Part shown: piece by piece, positions 48,363-61,867 of the stretch | Position numbering within the stretch: position 1 is the first letter of the stretch | How the letters are laid out: every line of letters starts with the position of its first letter | Assembly (NCBI GenBank): GCA_051362555.1 | Contig: CM120644.1 | Span: 12,856,567 to 12,920,566, forward strand | DNA length: 64,000 nt | Origin: Lingula anatina | Lineage: Eukaryota; Animalia; Brachiopoda | Direction of reading: 5' to 3' | The notes under the pieces: generated by a model | Databases searched by the model: none | What the model was told of the DNA's origin: nothing | The model's input: the letters and a program-made list of their open reading frames with translations, nothing else | Program-made: the position numbers and the translations under genes

Positions 48363-50942
48363 AAGGTCACGCGCGTTATACGTCACAGGTCTTGCGTTAC
48401 TACCCACGTGCTACGATTTTTCCCTTGGGGGGCAGCAAGCGGACATTTTGTACAGGAGCAATGCAAAGATGGGTGAATACGATACATTGTTTTTAACCGA
48501 AGACGATGTTCCCGGGGCGAAACTGCCAACACCATAAGTAAAGGATCATGCCAACTTTGTTTTGGAACGATGTGGTTAGCCTGTCAGTGGCGAGTTGGGG
48601 AGAAAAGAGCAGCATTGATAGCAAGGTACTGTGTACACGTGAACCGGCAAAGTTAATGATAATTTCGTGTTGCAAAAGCATAATTAAATTTTTTAGTTAT
48701 TTTCCAAACGATACTATTTCAATAGCAGATACATAGATCTTACTAACGACAATGTAACATTTTGATGACATTGAAAATCAAAAGCTGATGTGCACGATAG
48801 TTTGAGGAGGACACGGCGACAGCAAGTTATGCATGAAATTTTGCTATATAACACCATATCATATGCTTGTGTCGTTGATAACTCTGTGGTATTATTGCTA
48901 TTATTGCTGCTCAAATTAATACCTGATATTATTTCTCAGGCTACCAAGTACATATCAACTCATTTTTGTGGCAGTTGACCATTACATCATGTGTGCAGGT
49001 TATTATTATTATCATTACTATTATTTGATCAAGCACACTTTGATAATGTGGCCATGTTTTAACAAGAGAGAGTCAAAATTCATGCTGAATTTTAAAAGAT
49101 TAAATCATCACTAGTATGTGCAATTAAAGCTATTTGATTATACATATTTGATTTTCAATTATATTGATTATGATATGCGGTTTCTGCCTTTTTTCTCTCG
49201 CCCTGAAATATAAATATATAACAAGTAAATTGATAGTGCTTTATTACATTTTTGCTTTATACTTTCAGATGCAAAAACTGCGTAGAGGTTGGTAAAGCTG
49301 TAGAGATTGATGTGAGCATAGATCAGGGGAAATAGTATTAGAGAAACTAGGAGGACAAGACATAGATAATGTACTAGTAGATCCATCATCACTGCAAGGG
49401 TAGCTTGTGTGATCCTGTCCCTGAAACTGTGCCACAAGTTTTCAACTGGTTGAGTCCTTACTAAGATAAGCCGCTGCAGTGTGAATTGCAATATGTACAT
49501 TCAGGTTATATGTGTCAGATTGATGACAAAAAAGACCTCAACAATATAATTAAAAGAAGTTATCCTTGCATCTATGCCTCATCAAAAGTACACAGTGACA
49601 GTGACTAGAACATTGTTTGCAAATAGTGAGGCAGTGAAGGCTGCAAGGTGCCATTGTTTTTCAGTATTAAGAATGACAGTATCTGTTTTTTATTACTTAT
49701 TCATTTTTTAACTCACTTTGTTCTTTAAAATGCCCATTCAGTTTAAGGTTGGTGGCAATATATGATAAATCTGTCATGCCTGTACACATGTATGTAGAAT
49801 TTCTCTTGCTCAAATTTCTACATTTATTGAGGGCATTATGAAGTTTCCTGACTGATTAATGAGGTTACTTGTAGAAATATCTTGCATACACACATTTTGT
49901 GAAAATTTTACTACTTTATACATATGATTATTTACATCTCATCATTTGTGTGTGAAAGGTAATTTGGTATTTGCATTTTAGAACTGTAGATCTGTGTACC
50001 ACCAGATTTATAATAGAGTAATATATGTTGATGTTTCTGAAAATAATATTCATGTTTGATAATTAATTGGTTTGAAAAAAAATAACTCAAATAAAATTAA
50101 TTCATTTTTTTATTTTACGTAATCTGTTTTTATTATTTCTTCTAAGCATTTAATCATAACAACTCCCATGATGTCAATATACTGTTATTGTGTAATAATA
50201 CTGAAAGGTTCCAAGTTTTTATGAACAGGTTGATGCTAACGTATTACAAATAGATATAAGCATCACAGCATATTTCCTTACTGATATATATCGGTATATA
50301 TATATATAGGTAAAGACGACAGCATTGATAACTGGGTTTACGGCGCTGTTAGTACAGCGTAGTTAGTGTCAGATTGTTATCTGATAAAGTTTGCTACTAG
50401 TAAATGGGAACAAAAGGTCTGGCACTGGACAATCAAGTTGATAAAATCATAAAAACGCCGGTAGAAAACAAAGCATCCCTGCCCAACGTTGATTTGTTCA
50501 GATTCTTGACTAAGGGGTGCGTTACAGGTGTCAAAGGCCAAGACTTAAACTTAGGGGTTTGGAATGTCACTGGACATTCCTCTCTATTTCTACCCAAATC
50601 TAATAAAGCCTCATTTGCTTAACTTTGGCCAAATTTCCAATATCTACAGGTTGTGTAGTTTAATGCTTCGGGATTCTCTGACAGCGGTTAATGTTGGGGA
50701 CAGCTGTGCGGCCCGTCAACGCACCTAGACCCACTTTTGCCAGTGCCACATTTTCCATTGCCGTAAATATCAAATTTGTGAATAGAATGAGGAATAATGA
50801 CAGTTATGAAAAATGTTCGGAAGTACTTGTCACCGTCATAGTAACCACATGGGCTGTGCTGCCCCCCTCCACAGGCGACACCTTGCGGAGCAAGCGTGCG
50901 TAATCCAGAGTGCTACTGAAAATAACCTTGTCGCTCGACCTT
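48363..50942 (+). mobile_element. Degenerate DNA transposon with short TIRs and AT TSD (ISL2EU-like)
   Basis: AT|AAGGTC...GACCTT|AT interrupts the conserved spacer GCCAAT.AATTTACA.GTGCATGC; internal LTEDDVPGAKL...LER.L.C remnant (SAP-like N-terminus) at ~48470-48625. Confidence 0.55.
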
Positions 50943-51435
50943 ATTTACATGTGCATGCAAGCTGTATTGATATCTACAGCAGTTCGGCTCCTGATTTTAT
51001 TTTAGTCAACGGCTACTGATGAAGTTGGTAATGACACATAGGTAATCTGTCCATTAAGTTTTAGCTTTAAAATTTTACGTTCTGATTGCTGCTTTGCTGG
51101 TTTCGTTTTGGCAGCTAGGTCCACTTTCCTCGTGCGGTGCTTGAGCATCACATTGGTAAGGACAACATTTTACTCTGGCATACTACGATAATTCCGTACG
51201 TAAACGGATTTCACTTTCAAACCACTCCGTGTTTGTTTTCTTTATTTTTCAATTTTACCCGAAATACTGACATCGTAAAGATACAGATGTATTCACTACT
51301 CACCGTAACGTCATAGAGACGGATTAACCCCGTGGTACCAACGATACGTGTTTGCTGGGAAGGCAACCATTTTACTCTGGCATACTAAGATGATTCCTTA
51401 CATAAACGGATTTCACATCAAACCACTCCGTGTTT

Positions 51436-51630
51436 TGTAGAACAGTTTCTATGTTATTGTAATAGAGCTATGTTATTGTAATAGAATTGTGAAGATTCTT
51501 TTGTCTATAGCTACTTATATTTGTCTGATCTTACCATCCCCGATGAAGTCTGACTGCAAGCAGATGAAATACTGGATGGTTAAATCAGACAAATATAAGT
51601 AGCTATATAGACAAAGTAATCTTCACAAAT
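51436..51630 (+). mobile_element. Penelope-like short insertion: ~54-bp inverted arms around a degenerate hammerhead-like core
   Basis: Arms 51486-51539 and 51574-51629; core CCGATGAAG-TCTG(8 nt)CAGA-TGAAA; flanking direct repeat CCACTCCGTGTTT at 51423 and 51631. Confidence 0.55.
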
Positions 51631-52155
51631 CCACTCCGTGTTTGTTTTCTTTATTTTTCAATTTTACCCGAAACACTGCCATTGCAAGATACAGACGTAC
51701 TCACTGCCACATGAAAGCAAAAGTTAAAATTGCTTGCGATTGATATTCAAAGTTGGTCTAAGATGGGATGAAATATTAACATTGTATCTTTGCATTTGTA
51801 AGAAAAACAGATAAATGTATAGCTGCTTGAAATTCTGTTACTCAAATGGTATAAGAACGGTGTAACATACTTCATGTAGCAAGGAAATATGCATAACAGC
51901 AGAATAACACTCTTTTTAGGTAGCCCGTATGAACACGTAGTTTGGTGCTTACATTTCATTACACAATGCTAAGCTTTGAAAGCTACTGGCGAAATGGAAT
52001 TGATAACATTAGGAATAGGGGGCACGCGTACGTGACAAAGCAAGATTATCTGGAATACATTCTGTTATAACTGTATCACGCATCAGTCAGGGCACAAACA
52101 TCTCACAGAACTGAAGGACAGAAAACTGGTAAGGCACATACTGTTCCATTACATG

Positions 52156-52355
52156 CAGGGTCGGATCCAGGATGCGAAGCCGACCCTCCCCCCCCCCCCC
52201 CCCAGCTTGGCGTGGATTGGAGGGCGAACAGTTCCATTTGTTACGGTTGAGAAGTATGAATCAGCTAGTCAAAATTCTGATTTCAAGAGTGGACAAGACA
52301 TTGAAAGGGGGGGGGGGGCAGGACCCCCCTGAGCCCCCCTTTTAATCCACCACTG
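52156..52355. mobile_element. hAT-like MITE (CAGGGTCGGATCCAGG...AATCCACCACTG) in the first intron of copy 7
   Basis: Imperfect TIRs with G/C runs; absent from the homologous position in other units; a related element lies at ~59180-59466. Confidence 0.65.
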
Positions 52356-52860
52356 AACATTTGGGGGTGATATCATATCCGATACTATCATGAAAATGAC
52401 ACCCTTTGTCTCCTATCTTAGCACTCAGCACATACAGGATGAAGCTGAAGTTAAGGTTTGTCATATTAGTGCATGTTATTGTAAATGATTTATACTCCGA
52501 GTTCCACATGTACAGTAGCTTAATTTTTATTTTCCCCAGTGAGATAAGAAGGATTCAGGACTGAAAAGATCCATAAAGACCAGACATTAATGTTAAATAC
52601 AAATTAGGACTTCTCTGGTTTTAATTATACAACTCCAGTAATATGAGTTTTAATACGTATATTCTTCTTCTCATCATTATTATTATTATCTATATGTTTA
52701 AAAATGTGGTAGAAATATCTAGGTGTAAATTGCATAAAGAAATCCTGAGTATTTATTTAAATTTAGGGAACGTAATCTGTTTATATTTTAGACTGGTTGT
52801 TTACTTTTCAACTCTGTTGATTCCCTCTTTTAGAAATCTTGCAATTTAGACTTTGAAATA

Positions 52861-54000
52861 ATGGCAACTATTTTGCTGATAAGTCTGCCCCTACTGGTTG
52901 CTGTTCAAGCTGTCGATTCTTCAAGTATTGTGAAGGTAGGTTCAGAAAATTGTTTGTTTTATCGTTCGTTTATTGAAACAAGTTAAGACAGTATTGATAG
53001 AGAAGCAGCATGGTTCTTAAAGTGTAGGGAGTTGTGGTGGGATTTTCTGCTTTTTTAAAATGTGCTTTACGTCTTGAATAAGAAAACTATTATTCTTGGA
53101 TGGTGACGTAATGTGTATTTAAACGAAACAAGAAAAATTTCTTAAACCAATGTTTATTCGGCAAAATGAATTACTTTTTCAGAAAAATAATACACCTGAT
53201 CCAAACAATTACAACATCTCACATGTTTATTTTTAACCGAATCCAAAGCATTTTTCAAATTTTTATTGATACATGTAAGGAAATGTCATATCTAAAACAA
53301 ATTATACACCTGCAAAGATATGATATATAAATAATAGCCAGAGGCCATTTGAAAACAAGTTTTTATCCTTTTAAAAGAGCGTTTTAACGTTCAGAGAGAT
53401 TACTTCCTAATGTGCAGGACGGAGAAGGCTGAGTCATTGAAAGATCGTTTCTTCATATTTTAGGACACCAAAGGAAAGTTTAATTCCTATCGTATCAACA
53501 AGTTATAAGATTTTTTTAATGTTTTCGACGTTGATGAAGATGGTGTTGTTACAGAACATGAATATGTGGGTTTAACAACAGAACGAGCGCAAAAAGTCCT
53601 GCTGTCTTGGAGAGCTATGGCGGTGAATGGTATATTTTCCAATGCCTTTCGGGTCTGGTGGTCAAACGAATACTCCAATTATAAAACAACCTTTACTTTT
53701 AAAGATATGATTCGGGTTCACGAGAAAGACATTCCTATTTTAACGGATGAAGCTGCCCAAATCTCGTGGGATTTGTTTGGCACGTTTGATATTGACTGCG
53801 ATGGCAAGTTGACGATAGATGAGTATTCCACATTCCTGTTTGTTCACCGCAACATTGCTGAGATTCAACCAATTTTTGATGCAATTGATCAGAACGCAAA
53901 TGGCGTACTTGGTGCAGAAGAATTTGTAAGTGCATACGACCTCCATTGGTATCGGCAAGAGTTCAGCACCACTGATGTTATTGTGGGCAAGCGGTACTGA
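52861..54000 (+). pseudogene. Secreted EF-hand gene copy 7 with premature stop; exons 52861-52935 and 53464-54000
   Basis: MATILLISLPLLVAVQAVDSSSIVK|GTAGGT; DTKGKFNSYRINKL* (AAA>TAA at 53506-53508); the remainder is open to VGKRY*. Confidence 0.87.
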
Positions 54001-55845
54001 TGCAGTTGGCAATGGCCAAGATATAGGTCTACCATTTCCTTTTAGATTCTAGCTTAAGTTTTCTAGACGTATACTGTCCCTTTGAAATGTTTAAGATGCG
54101 TATTGATTACAACAAGATTTACTTATGTTATACAAGAATGTTTCCTTAGATAGGCGAAATTGCCTGTTCACGTAGAAATCACGTTGTAGCTTGTCTATTT
54201 TCAATGTAAGTCTGAGCGTTGTGAATGAAGTAAATTCGAAAATGATTTTTCCATTCTCTTTGCTGGGCATATGGCATTTGGAATAAAACATCAAAGACTA
54301 CTCTTTGATTCTTGTATCTGTCTACATTTCAAACCATTTAGGTGGATATTTTGAGGAAATATTTAATAATAATTGTGATACTTTGAAAAGTCTCCTAGAG
54401 CATCCCAAAGACAGCGCACTCGCTTGCTTACGAAAGTCTCAAGAAAAAATGTGAGTACATTTTCCCGTTTTATCAGAGTGTCATCGTATATTAAATTAAA
54501 TATATTTCAAAAAACGTATGTTAAATGCTCATTGCTCGCTCACAAGAGCAATGGTTCCTATACTTAAGCCATGCGTCTCTGACATTTTTTTATTAATTTT
54601 AGCCTGGTAATAGCTGTAACTGTCATTTGTTTTGGGTAATAGGCCTGTCGCCATAAATTAATAATTTGATTTCCACTAAGTAAAAAAGAGTAAAGAAAAG
54701 TAAAAAAAAGAGTGCTGCTGCCATATTGACCATTTAAGGTAACCCATTGTACTGATGATTCTCAAACTCACTGAAAGATTCATAGGTCTGAAATATAGCC
54801 TGATTGGATTCAATTTCTGGCAGAAATACTGTTTTTGTGAAATGTTCATTTTTCACACGTTGGCATTTTCAGTGCGGGACTGTAGATGATTAAAATTTGG
54901 TGATGATTCTCAAGTTATGCACCACATGATATTGCATCAAGATTGACAAAGAACTATTTTGTACACTACCACCACGAATGCATGGAAAGGCAAACCTTTT
55001 TTTATTATTTTGTAATGTACCAGAATGATTATTAGAACTGACATTCATTTAGACAAATAAAACATTGAAAATGAATTGCTGTTTTTATCCTTTAAAAATT
55101 GCTTATTGTGTTAAAACAAGTTTTTACCATTATCTAAAGTAAGTTTGAAGATTAATGACCAAAAAGTCATTATTTTGACCCTCCGATCTCTGACAAAGAT
55201 AAAAATTGTTTGAGAAAGAAGCAATTAAAAAAACCTGTCTAGCTGCTTGAAATTCTATTACTCAGATGGTATAATGGTCATGTAGCAAGAATATATGCTT
55301 GACAGCAGTATGAAGCTCTTTTTAGGTAGCCCGTATTAACTTGTAGTTTGGCGCTAAAATTTGATTACACAATTTTAAGCTTTGAAATCCGCGGGCGAAA
55401 TGGGATTGATAACATGAGGAATAGGGGCACGAGTACGTGACAAAGCAACTTTATCTGGAATACATTTCAATATAATGGTATTTAAATAAACTGCCCTCCT
55501 TCAAACACCAACCATCAGTCAAGGTGCAGATCTCTTATGGAATTGTAGGACAGAAAACTAGTAAGATATGTATACAGTTCAATAATATTGTATATATAGA
55601 TTAGTCTTTTCGCTTAGCACTCACCACATAGAGGATGAAGCTGAAGTTAATTTGGTCATATGGCAGTGCTGGTTATTGTATATGATAAATCCAACCGCCG
55701 TATGTGCATCATCTTAGTTTTTATTTTCCCCACTGAGCTAAGAACAATTCAGAAATGAACTGATCCCTAAAGATCAGGCAAAGGAATTCTTAGCTTTTAT
55801 TTATACAACTCGAGTATTATGAGTGTCATGCATTATAATAAGCAT

Positions 55846-55856
55846 ATTATTATTCA

Positions 55857-55903
<47 letters not shown>
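55846..55903. repeat. (TTA)n microsatellite in the first intron of copy 8
   Basis: Direct reading. Confidence 0.9.
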
Positions 55904-55904
<1 letters not shown>

Positions 55905-56066
55905 TATAAACGTGTTTAATAGACGTGGTAGATATGTAAATTGTATAAACGGAACTCTGATTATTTGTTTAAATAAGTGACTTAATTAATTCGTATTTCA
56001 GACTAGTTGTTTACCTTTTAGTTCTGTTGATTCCCTTTTAGAAACCTTGAAAATTTAGACTTTGAA

Positions 56067-57276
56067 ATGATGTCATCCATTATGCTGATAAGTCTGCTCC
56101 TACTGGTTGCTATTCAAGCTGTCGATTCTTCAAGTATTGTGAAGGTAGGTCCGGAAAAGCATTTGTCATTATCGTTCGTTTATTGACACAAGCTGATATA
56201 CTGTTGATAGAAAGGCAACACGGTTCTTAAAATGCAGGGAGTTGTGTTGGATTTTCTGCTAGTCTGTAATCTTTTTGTGTTTTATTGAACATAAGGCATT
56301 TTCTTGGATGGTGAATTAGCGTGTGTATAAACAAAATAAAACATATTTAAAAAAAAAAATTCTCAAAACCAATATTTATATATACACAAAGCACACAATT
56401 TTCACAAAACCAATATTTATATACCAATATTTATTCGACATAATCAATGGCTTTTTAAGAAAAAATGATATACCTGATCAAAACAATTACAGCATCTCAT
56501 GTCTGTTTGAAACCGAATCTAAATATTTTCCAAATATTTAAACAGGATACATGCAAGAAAATGTCATATCTAAAACAAATAATACATCCCAAAGATATGA
56601 TATATAAATAATAGCTAGGGCCCATTTGGAAACCAATTTATTTCCTTTTAAAAGAACGTTTCAGCTTTCAGAGAGATCGACTTCTAATGTGAAAGACGCG
56701 TAATGCTGGGTAATAAAATATCTTTTCTTCATATTTTAGAATAACAAGGAAAAGTTTTCTTCCTACCGGATTACCAAGTTCAAAGCATTATTTGATATCA
56801 TCGACGTTGATGAAGATGGCGTTGTTACTGAAAAGGAATTCGTTGGTTTAACAACAAAACGAGCTCAAAAAGTTCTGCCGTCTTGGAGAGCCATGGCTTG
56901 GAATGGTATGTTTTCCAACGCCTTTCGGGTCTGGTGGTCAAACAAATACTCTAACAATAAAAAATCATTCACTTTTAAAGAAATGATTCGGGTTCACGAG
57001 ATAGACATTCCTATTACAACGGAGGAGGTCGCCAAAATCTCATGGGATATATTTGGCACGTTTGACATTGACTGCGATGGCAAGTTGACAGTAGATGAGT
57101 ATTCCAAATTCCTGTTTGTTCACCGCAACACAGCTGAAATTCAACCAATTTTTGATGCAATTGATCAGAACGCAAATGGCGTCCTTGATGCAGAAGAATT
57201 TGTAAGTGCATTCGACCTCTATTGGTATCGACAAGAGTTCAGCACCACTGATGTTATTATGGGCAAGCGGTACTGA
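56067..57276 (+). CDS. Secreted EF-hand protein copy 8, intact, 203-204 aa; join 56067(or 56070)-56144,56740-57276
   Basis: (M)MSSIMLISLLLLVAIQAVDSSSIVK|GTAGGT; acceptor TTTTAG at 56739; DVDEDGVVTEKE, DIDCDGKLTVDE, DQNANGVLDAEE; ends MGKRY*. Promoter TACGTG at 55434. Confidence 0.92.
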
Positions 57277-58260
57277 TGTTGTCGGCAATGGCCAAGAAAT
57301 AGGTCGAACATTACCTTTAATCTTTTAGAATCTAGCTGAAGACTTATAGAAATATACTGTCCCTTTGAAATGTTTAAGATGCGTATTGATTACAACATAA
57401 TTTACTTATGTTATATAAGGATGTTTCCTTAAGAAGAACAATTTACGTTTTCGCGTAGAAATTACGTATTTATTTTGTCAATTTTCAATATATGTCTGAA
57501 CGGTATCCGTGAAGTAATCAAAAATGATTTTTCTTTGCTCTTTGGTGGGTATATGATATTTGGAATAAACCATGAAAGCCTCCTCTTTGATTCTTGTATT
57601 TTTCTACGTTTCTAATCATTTAGACTGAAATTCTGAGGACATATTTGATATTATTTTTGATGCTATCGATCAGAACGAATATGACTATCTTGATTCTAAC
57701 GAATTTACATTTGCATGCGAGCTGAATTGGTATCTACAGCAGCTTGGCATCTGATTTACTTTAGACAACGGTTACTGATGAAGTTGGTAATGACAAAAAA
57801 GTAATCTGTCTATTAAGTTTTAGCTTTAAGATTGCACCTTCTGATTGCTGCTTTGCTGTTGCTTCTTCACAGCTATAGGGTGCACCTGCCTCGTTTGGTG
57901 CTTGAGCATCACACTTGTAAGGACAACATTTTACACTGGCATACTAAGATGATTCGTTAAAGATAAACGGATTTTACATTTAAACCACGTACAGTCCGTG
58001 TTTATTTTCTTTATTTTTCAATTTTACTCAAAACACTGTTAAAATATAGATGTACTCACTACCACTTAGAAAGCAGAAGTTTACATTGCTTGTGCTTGGT
58101 TTCACACAGTTGATTTTAAATAAGATGAAATTTAACATTGTCACTCTGTAATTGTAAGAAAAATAGATAAATGAATGGGTGCTTGAAATTCCATTACTCA
58201 AACGGTATATTCACAGTGTAACGTGCTTCATGTAGCAAAGAAAGGTACCTGACAGCAGTG

Positions 58261-58616
58261 GCCTTCGGGTCTGGTGGTCAAACGAATACCCTAACTTTAA
58301 AACAGTCTTTACTTTTAAAAATATGATTCGGGTTCACAAGATAGACATACCTATTTTAACTGAGGAGGGAGCTGAATTCTCATCGGATATGTTTGGCACG
58401 TTTGATATTGACTGCGATGGCAAATTGACGAAACATGAGTATTCCAAATTTCTGTTTGTTTATCGCAACACAGATGAGATTCAACCAAATTTTGATGCAA
58501 TTCATCACAACGTGAATGGTGTCCTTGATTCCGAAGAATTTATACGTGCATACGACCTCTGTTGGAATCGGCAAGAGTTCAGCAACACTAACGTAATAAT
58601 CGGCAAATGTTACTAA
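58261..58616 (+). pseudogene. 5'-deleted EF-hand gene fragment
   Basis: Upstream-flank sequence joins directly to ...RVWWSNEYPNFKT...DIDCDGKLTKHE...IGKCY*. Confidence 0.87.
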
Positions 58617-59617
58617 TGCAGAAACCAATAGCAAAAAGTTAGTAGGACAATAAGGGAAGCGGAGGAGACATGATTGTGTCAATACTCAGTTGTAAATTGC
58701 TTCTAACAGGTAGATCCAACCTGGCCAGTTTCTCAAGACTATTGGTTGACAGACAGAGGCAATTGATTTGCTTGTGAGTTTTAGCTCAGGTAGGTGGCTT
58801 CCAGAATGTCATCATTGTCATGGCATTTGTTACTGGTTAGTGCCTACCCCCTGTAATAGGTGTCTTGGTGTGATTATATATTAGCAGTGTACTCTAAAAA
58901 CTCGTCACAATATTAAAAAAAAAGATAAATCCTTGCACAGCGATCGTGGTTCGGGACGATTCCGTTGTTAGTTGCAAACTACTTCCTCGTTTTCAAAAGG
59001 TCCCTTAAAACATCGTTATAATTGCAGCACATTGTATAAAACACACAAATTGATTATACATGTATATGGGCATATCAGATAACATAAATGCAAACATTAC
59101 ATATTCGACGGTTTACGGTCTCGCGGGAATTCTTTTCCCTTGACGCCCATTGTCGCGCTGTCTGTCGATGCGGCATACACAAGGGGGGATCCAGGATTAT
59201 TTGAAGTGGAGGGATCCGAAACAACTGGCCTCGGATGCGACCATCGCCCCCTTGGTGTGGTTTTTGGGGCCTGCACATGGACTGCAAAAATTATTTAGTG
59301 TTTTGGAGAGCAAACGGTGCCCTTTGGTACTATTTAGAACTATGATTTAGCCATTCAAAATTCTAATCTCAGGAGGGGAATATTGGTGTGATATATTTTT
59401 CAGAAACCAAACGAAGGAGGGAGGGCATGACCCCCCTCCCGACTCCCCCTCCTAAATCCTCCAATGATATATTCCAAAACAGATTGACTGCAAATTAAGC
59501 ACGATTTTGCACCTTCAGTTTTCGTAACACATTTTCTTATTAAGTACTTATTATTTCTACAAGTATTCTCTGCCCAAAATGCATCAAACTGTTATCTTAA
59601 GCCACGGTCACAACCGG

Positions 59618-61867
59618 TGTGAACGGAATGGTAGTCCTAGTAACGCAAGTCCGACCGGACACTAAGTCCTGGGAACGTAAGTCCTGTGTCAGCGTTGCTA
59701 TGAATTGAGGTCCTAGGACATACGTTACTAGGATTTAACGTCCGTAGGACAACAGTTACCAAGGAATGCATGTCCCACCGCCAGGAATCTAAGTCCGGAT
59801 GGGACCTGTTATCCTAATTTGCACTAGGAATATATGTCCGCTCCCATTTTTCTCTCGCACTTAAAGTGATAGATAGATAGATAGATAACTAATATAATAT
59901 TACCATTAGTTTTAAAATATTTCACCTAAACAAATACAATGGAATAGAAAAGGTATATGAAGAATAACACTTGTTACATTTTAATATATTTATTTCAGTT
60001 CTTTTATTTATTCATCTGCAACATAAACTTTCAAATTTGCCCTGTTTACTGTTTGTTGCATTGGCCCAATAAGATCAATCCCAATCTACCAAAAATTAAT
60101 AAAAAGTATTTTATTTCTGACTTTACATTAAATTCGTAGATGTTTAACTACATAAATAACTGAAAAATAAATTTCCACAAGTCTTAATGTTTTCTGTTAA
60201 AACAATATGACGATAACAACGAAAGACGATTTTCAATATCTATTTTTCCAATTGAACACCACGATTAAGAGAAAAATTGTCTTGATAACCATCCTCCACG
60301 CCTCAGGCTTGTTCACGGGAAAAAGGTTAAGCGGTGGAGAGTCGTTGTTGCTCTTTTTGTTGACACGCTGACATTTGTCACATTTTAAAATGAATTTTCT
60401 GATGTCGTCTACCATGTTTGGTCAATAATATCTCTGTTCAACCTTGGCCAGTGTCTTATCTCGTCCTAGATGACCACCTTAAATTTAAAAACAAGGAAAT
60501 AAATACATCGCATTTTATAGACACTTCTCGTTTTTCAATGTCTGGAATTATGTCACACAATTTAATATAGCAACGTATACGAGGTATTGTGAATACGGAA
60601 TTATTTTAATACATACTTACCAAGCGGTGATGTATGCAGTGTATCCAATTTCTTTTCACTTCTCCCCTGTTCCTTACAACATTTCGCCATACTCCACCAA
60701 CATCATTATCATCATTATCATTCTGCCCTACACCTGCTACGCCCCTCACTTTCCTCTTGCTAACTCTGTAATAGAGCTTGCCATGTTCAATCTGAAATAA
60801 GCATTACAATATGCATATATGTGTACTCATGATGTTAAAGGAATTATTGACCTAAACTACTGTTATTTTGTTAGAGTTTAAAACTGAGAAAAGGAATCGT
60901 AAGCAGCTGTCCCCGGACCTAAAATCCTAAAAATGGACGTCCCCTGGACCTAAAATCCCAGATATGGTAGTCCCCCGGGCATAAATACCCATGAAATAGG
61001 AATTCCCCTGCAAGACATTTATTCAAGGTACATAGGTCCATGGACACACATCCCCGGAATTGTATATCTGCGTATAACGTAGTGTGACCTCTCTAATAAT
61101 ATTGCATATTTAACATCATGAAAATTGAAAGTTTACTTTATAATTGCTTGTTCTCCGAATAACTCTTTTCTGTGTTGGTGTTGTCTCGATAGGATACGTG
61201 CCCTCCTGAAGATATTGGAAAATAACTTCAACTTCGGGCCTGGTCCGGATGCTGCTTGTCCCTTCCATATCAAACGTCTAGTGAGGGTGTGGTATTCATA
61301 TATGAGCGGTATTTATAGTAGAACAAGGTAGCGTGTGACATCTGGTTATGTCTGTAACCAATCCAAAAATTTGCTACGTGGCATATATGACGACCAGGAT
61401 AAAACAAAAGAAAAAAATTCACACGAAAAAAAAAAAAAATATATATTTGTGTAAACGAAATTCGAACCACCATCCACTAACACAATTACTCTGTATAGCA
61501 TCCATTATACTGCACAGCCTTACCACTACACTGGGGAGACGAACTGGCAAACCGTCGATTTTACGGAGTACTTATATGTGCTCACTAAAGCATAATATTA
61601 CTGCCAATACTCATTATCCACTAGTTGCTATTTTAAATGGTCGGACATAGTTATAGGGCGGACCTCCATTCCGTTGACTAATGTAAACGTAATGCAGGTC
61701 CGCCAGGAATAGAAGTCCTACCCTTTATTATCTACCCTTTATTATATCAGGAATGCAGGTCCCATCAGGACTACTATTCCTCAGGACCATAGGTCCGTAG
61801 GACCACCGTTCCTAGGAAACGAGGTCCGTAGGACCTCGGTTCCGGGCGGACCTGCATTCCGTTTACA
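59618..61867 (-). mobile_element. Ginger (Ginger1-type) DNA transposon, internally deleted; TGT...ACA termini; CCGG TSD
   Basis: CCGG|TGTGAACGGAATG...CATTCCGTTTACA|CCGG; GGAC/GTCC subterminal repeats; spliced gypsy-like integrase H2C2 finger HTSPLG/GHLGRDKT...RYYWPNMVDDIRKFILKCDKCQR (exons ~60791-60621 and 60477-60290). Confidence 0.85.
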
